Position numbers and translations under genes: made by a program. Under the pieces are notes generated by a model that did no database searches, was not told where the DNA came from, and saw only the letters and a list, made by a program, of their open reading frames with translations. DNA of 24,819 nt from a virus (taxonomy: Duplodnaviria > Caudoviricetes). Where the stretch lies: IMG/VR virus record IMGVR_UViG_3300016474_000121, positions 1-24,819 of that record; one strand, 5' to 3'. Positions 23,350-24,819 of the stretch are shown one piece after another; the stretch's first letter is position 1; every line of letters starts with the position of its first letter.

Positions 23350-23534
23350 TGTGGATCAATCTAGTGTTCAAGGGCTATACCCACACCCTACCTCTGGAGG
23401 ACATCAGAGACCATGAGGTAGGCAACACCGGATGCTGGTGTGACCCCGATGTGGATGACGAGTTTAAATTGGTGGTTCACAACTCGGCGGATGGAAGAGA
23501 GAAGTTTGAAAGCGGCGAGCGCAAGCCGTCGTAA
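23346..23534 (+). CDS. Small His/Cys protein (H...CWC.P...VVHNSADGRE)
   Basis: ATGA overlap; GGAG RBS. Confidence 0.75.
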   Translation: MMWINLVFKGYTHTLPLEDIRDHEVGNTGCWCDPDVDDEFKLVVHNSADGREKFESGERKPS

Positions 23535-23601
23535 ACCAAGAGGAGAGAGAGATGAGGAAGATTTCTGAGTTGATCGACAAGCACAACGAGGAGAAGCGCA
23601 A

Positions 23602-23880
23602 ATGAAACGTGAAGAGCTGACGTTCGAGGAGTTCTGCAAGCTGCCGCTAATCTATTCACTGGGCATGAGTTTTGACTGGGGTGCGCACCGCCAGTATCGC
23701 AACGACGACCATGGATTCTGCGTTGAAGTAGTGACCAAGCGGGCGGTCTACGGCGACATTTACAGCGGCTGGCAACCTGAGCGCCGCGCGTATTTTCTCG
23801 ACGATGACGATCGTGAGTTCAAGACCATTGACCAACTCTACGTTGCGTACATGGAGAAGGTATGTGGGGTGGAAGCATGA
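23602..23880 (+). CDS. Hypothetical protein (92 aa)
   Basis: GAGGAG RBS. Confidence 0.75.
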   Translation: MKREELTFEEFCKLPLIYSLGMSFDWGAHRQYRNDDHGFCVEVVTKRAVYGDIYSGWQPERRAYFLDDDDREFKTIDQLYVAYMEKVCGVEA

Positions 23881-24119
23881 ATATGTTTGCACAGCAAGGA
23901 TGGCAGTGCCCGCTTTGTCAGCGGGTTTACAGCCCAACAACCCCGATGTGTTTCACTTGCCCGCCGCAGACTACGGCAGCGCCAGACGCCGTGCCACTGC
24001 AAACACAAGACATGCCACATGTGTGCCAGCGCAGGCTGAAGGCTGAGGGAAAAGCGTACCCAAGAACTTGCCATGTCTGTGGCCTGTTCGGTCCTTGTCA
24101 CGAAGGGAGAGACAAATGA
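23877..24119 (+). CDS. Small Cys-rich zinc-ribbon protein
   Basis: GWQCPLC..VYSP...C..C plus C...YPRTCHVCG..PC; ATGA overlaps at both ends. Confidence 0.7.
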   Translation: MNMFAQQGWQCPLCQRVYSPTTPMCFTCPPQTTAAPDAVPLQTQDMPHVCQRRLKAEGKAYPRTCHVCGLFGPCHEGRDK

Positions 24120-24376
24120 AGCAATCAGAAGTGCTGGCGATGCTGCACGACATCGTCGCAAACAATCAGGAGTACACCACCTGGACCGTATCCACGCCCC
24201 ATCTGGTCATGCTTGTAAACAAGGCGGTAGAGGCCGAACGTGAGGCCATAGCGCAGATGATTGAAGATGCACCGGCGTTGGTTGAGTATGCAAAGAACGA
24301 CAAAGGCGGCTGTTTGATGTGTGGGTTTACACCAAAAATGGCTGCCGCCGCCATCCGAGCAAGGGGACAAGCATGA
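24116..24376 (+). CDS. Mosaic-family protein (...AEREA...AIRARGQA)
   Basis: GGAG RBS; C-terminus shared with 16247-16513. Confidence 0.8.
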   Translation: MKQSEVLAMLHDIVANNQEYTTWTVSTPHLVMLVNKAVEAEREAIAQMIEDAPALVEYAKNDKGGCLMCGFTPKMAAAAIRARGQA

Positions 24377-24416
24377 CTAAAGACGAAGCACTGAAGCTGG
24401 CGCTGGAGGCGTTGGA
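24347..24416 (+). repeat. 70-bp dispersed inverted repeat (partner at 16207-16276)
   Basis: 67/70 identical by eye; spans a gene junction. Confidence 0.92.
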
Positions 24417-24798
24417 ACTTGAGGACTTGGCTTGTCGATACGAGAAAGACCCTACGCCCGAACATATTGCCAAAGCCATCACCGCCATCAAAGAAGCCTT
24501 GGCAAAGCCAGAGCAGGAGCTTGTGGCGTGGATGTATGAGCAAGCCCGTTTTGGCCCAACCGATTTGCGTGGGCAACAGTGGAAGTTGGCGCTTTCTCGA
24601 CTTAAACCTTGGGCTGGAGACGGACTTGTGCGTAACGTGCGCCCCCTCTACACCACCCCACCACAACGCAAGCCGTGGGTTGGGCTGACGGATGAGGAGC
24701 AAATACAGGTTGCATGGGCTTGCGGAGCAATGTCCGCTGACTGGCTGGAATTTGCCCAAGCCATCGAAGCCAAACTGAAGGAGAAGAACCATGGTTGA
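24373..24798 (+). CDS. Mosaic-family protein (MTKDEALKLALEALE...PLYTTPPQRKP...FAQAIEA)
   Basis: Paralogous linkers with 15798-16250. Confidence 0.85.
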   Translation: MTKDEALKLALEALELEDLACRYEKDPTPEHIAKAITAIKEALAKPEQELVAWMYEQARFGPTDLRGQQWKLALSRLKPWAGDGLVRNVRPLYTTPPQRKPWVGLTDEEQIQVAWACGAMSADWLEFAQAIEAKLKEKNHG

Positions 24799-24819
24799 CA
24801 GGCAACTTCTACGCAGAGC
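24791..24819 (+). CDS. 5' end of the next gene (truncated by window)
   Basis: AAGGAG RBS, ATG at 24791 (MVDRQLLRR...). Confidence 0.45.

Overview
Fragment of a tailed dsDNA bacteriophage (Caudoviricetes). It is GC-rich, roughly 55-60% by eye; several small-protein families suggest a betaproteobacterial host, which is inference only. Left (- strand): P22-like portal protein (truncated at the window edge), terminase large subunit, a stand-alone LexA-type DNA-binding domain and terminase small subunit. These flank non-coding control regions containing a G-rich tract, a DnaA-box cluster and a consensus sigma70 promoter. Centre (+ strand): an early-type operon (DUF6011-like, SprT-like protease, CobS/MoxR AAA+ ATPase with a CobT-like VWA partner, many small ORFs). 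It converges at a terminator with a - strand block (T7 gp4/Twinkle-like primase-helicase, HNH nuclease, mosaic small genes, RusA). Right (+ strand): Cas4-like exonuclease, Sak3-type annealase, SSB and small genes. The most unusual signals are non-coding: (i) the palindrome GTTTAAAC iterated 17 times, plus 9 near-copies, even inside genes; (ii) an oriC-like DnaA-box cluster; (iii) a promoter-driven array of alternating inverted repeats enclosing unique structured inserts; (iv) a c4-like antisense RNA followed by a tetraloop-rich RNA; (v) a ~290-nt structured early leader; (vi) a polar 14-bp motif on one strand; (vii) linker-mediated gene-module shuffling. All counts and alignments were done by eye; no database searches were run.
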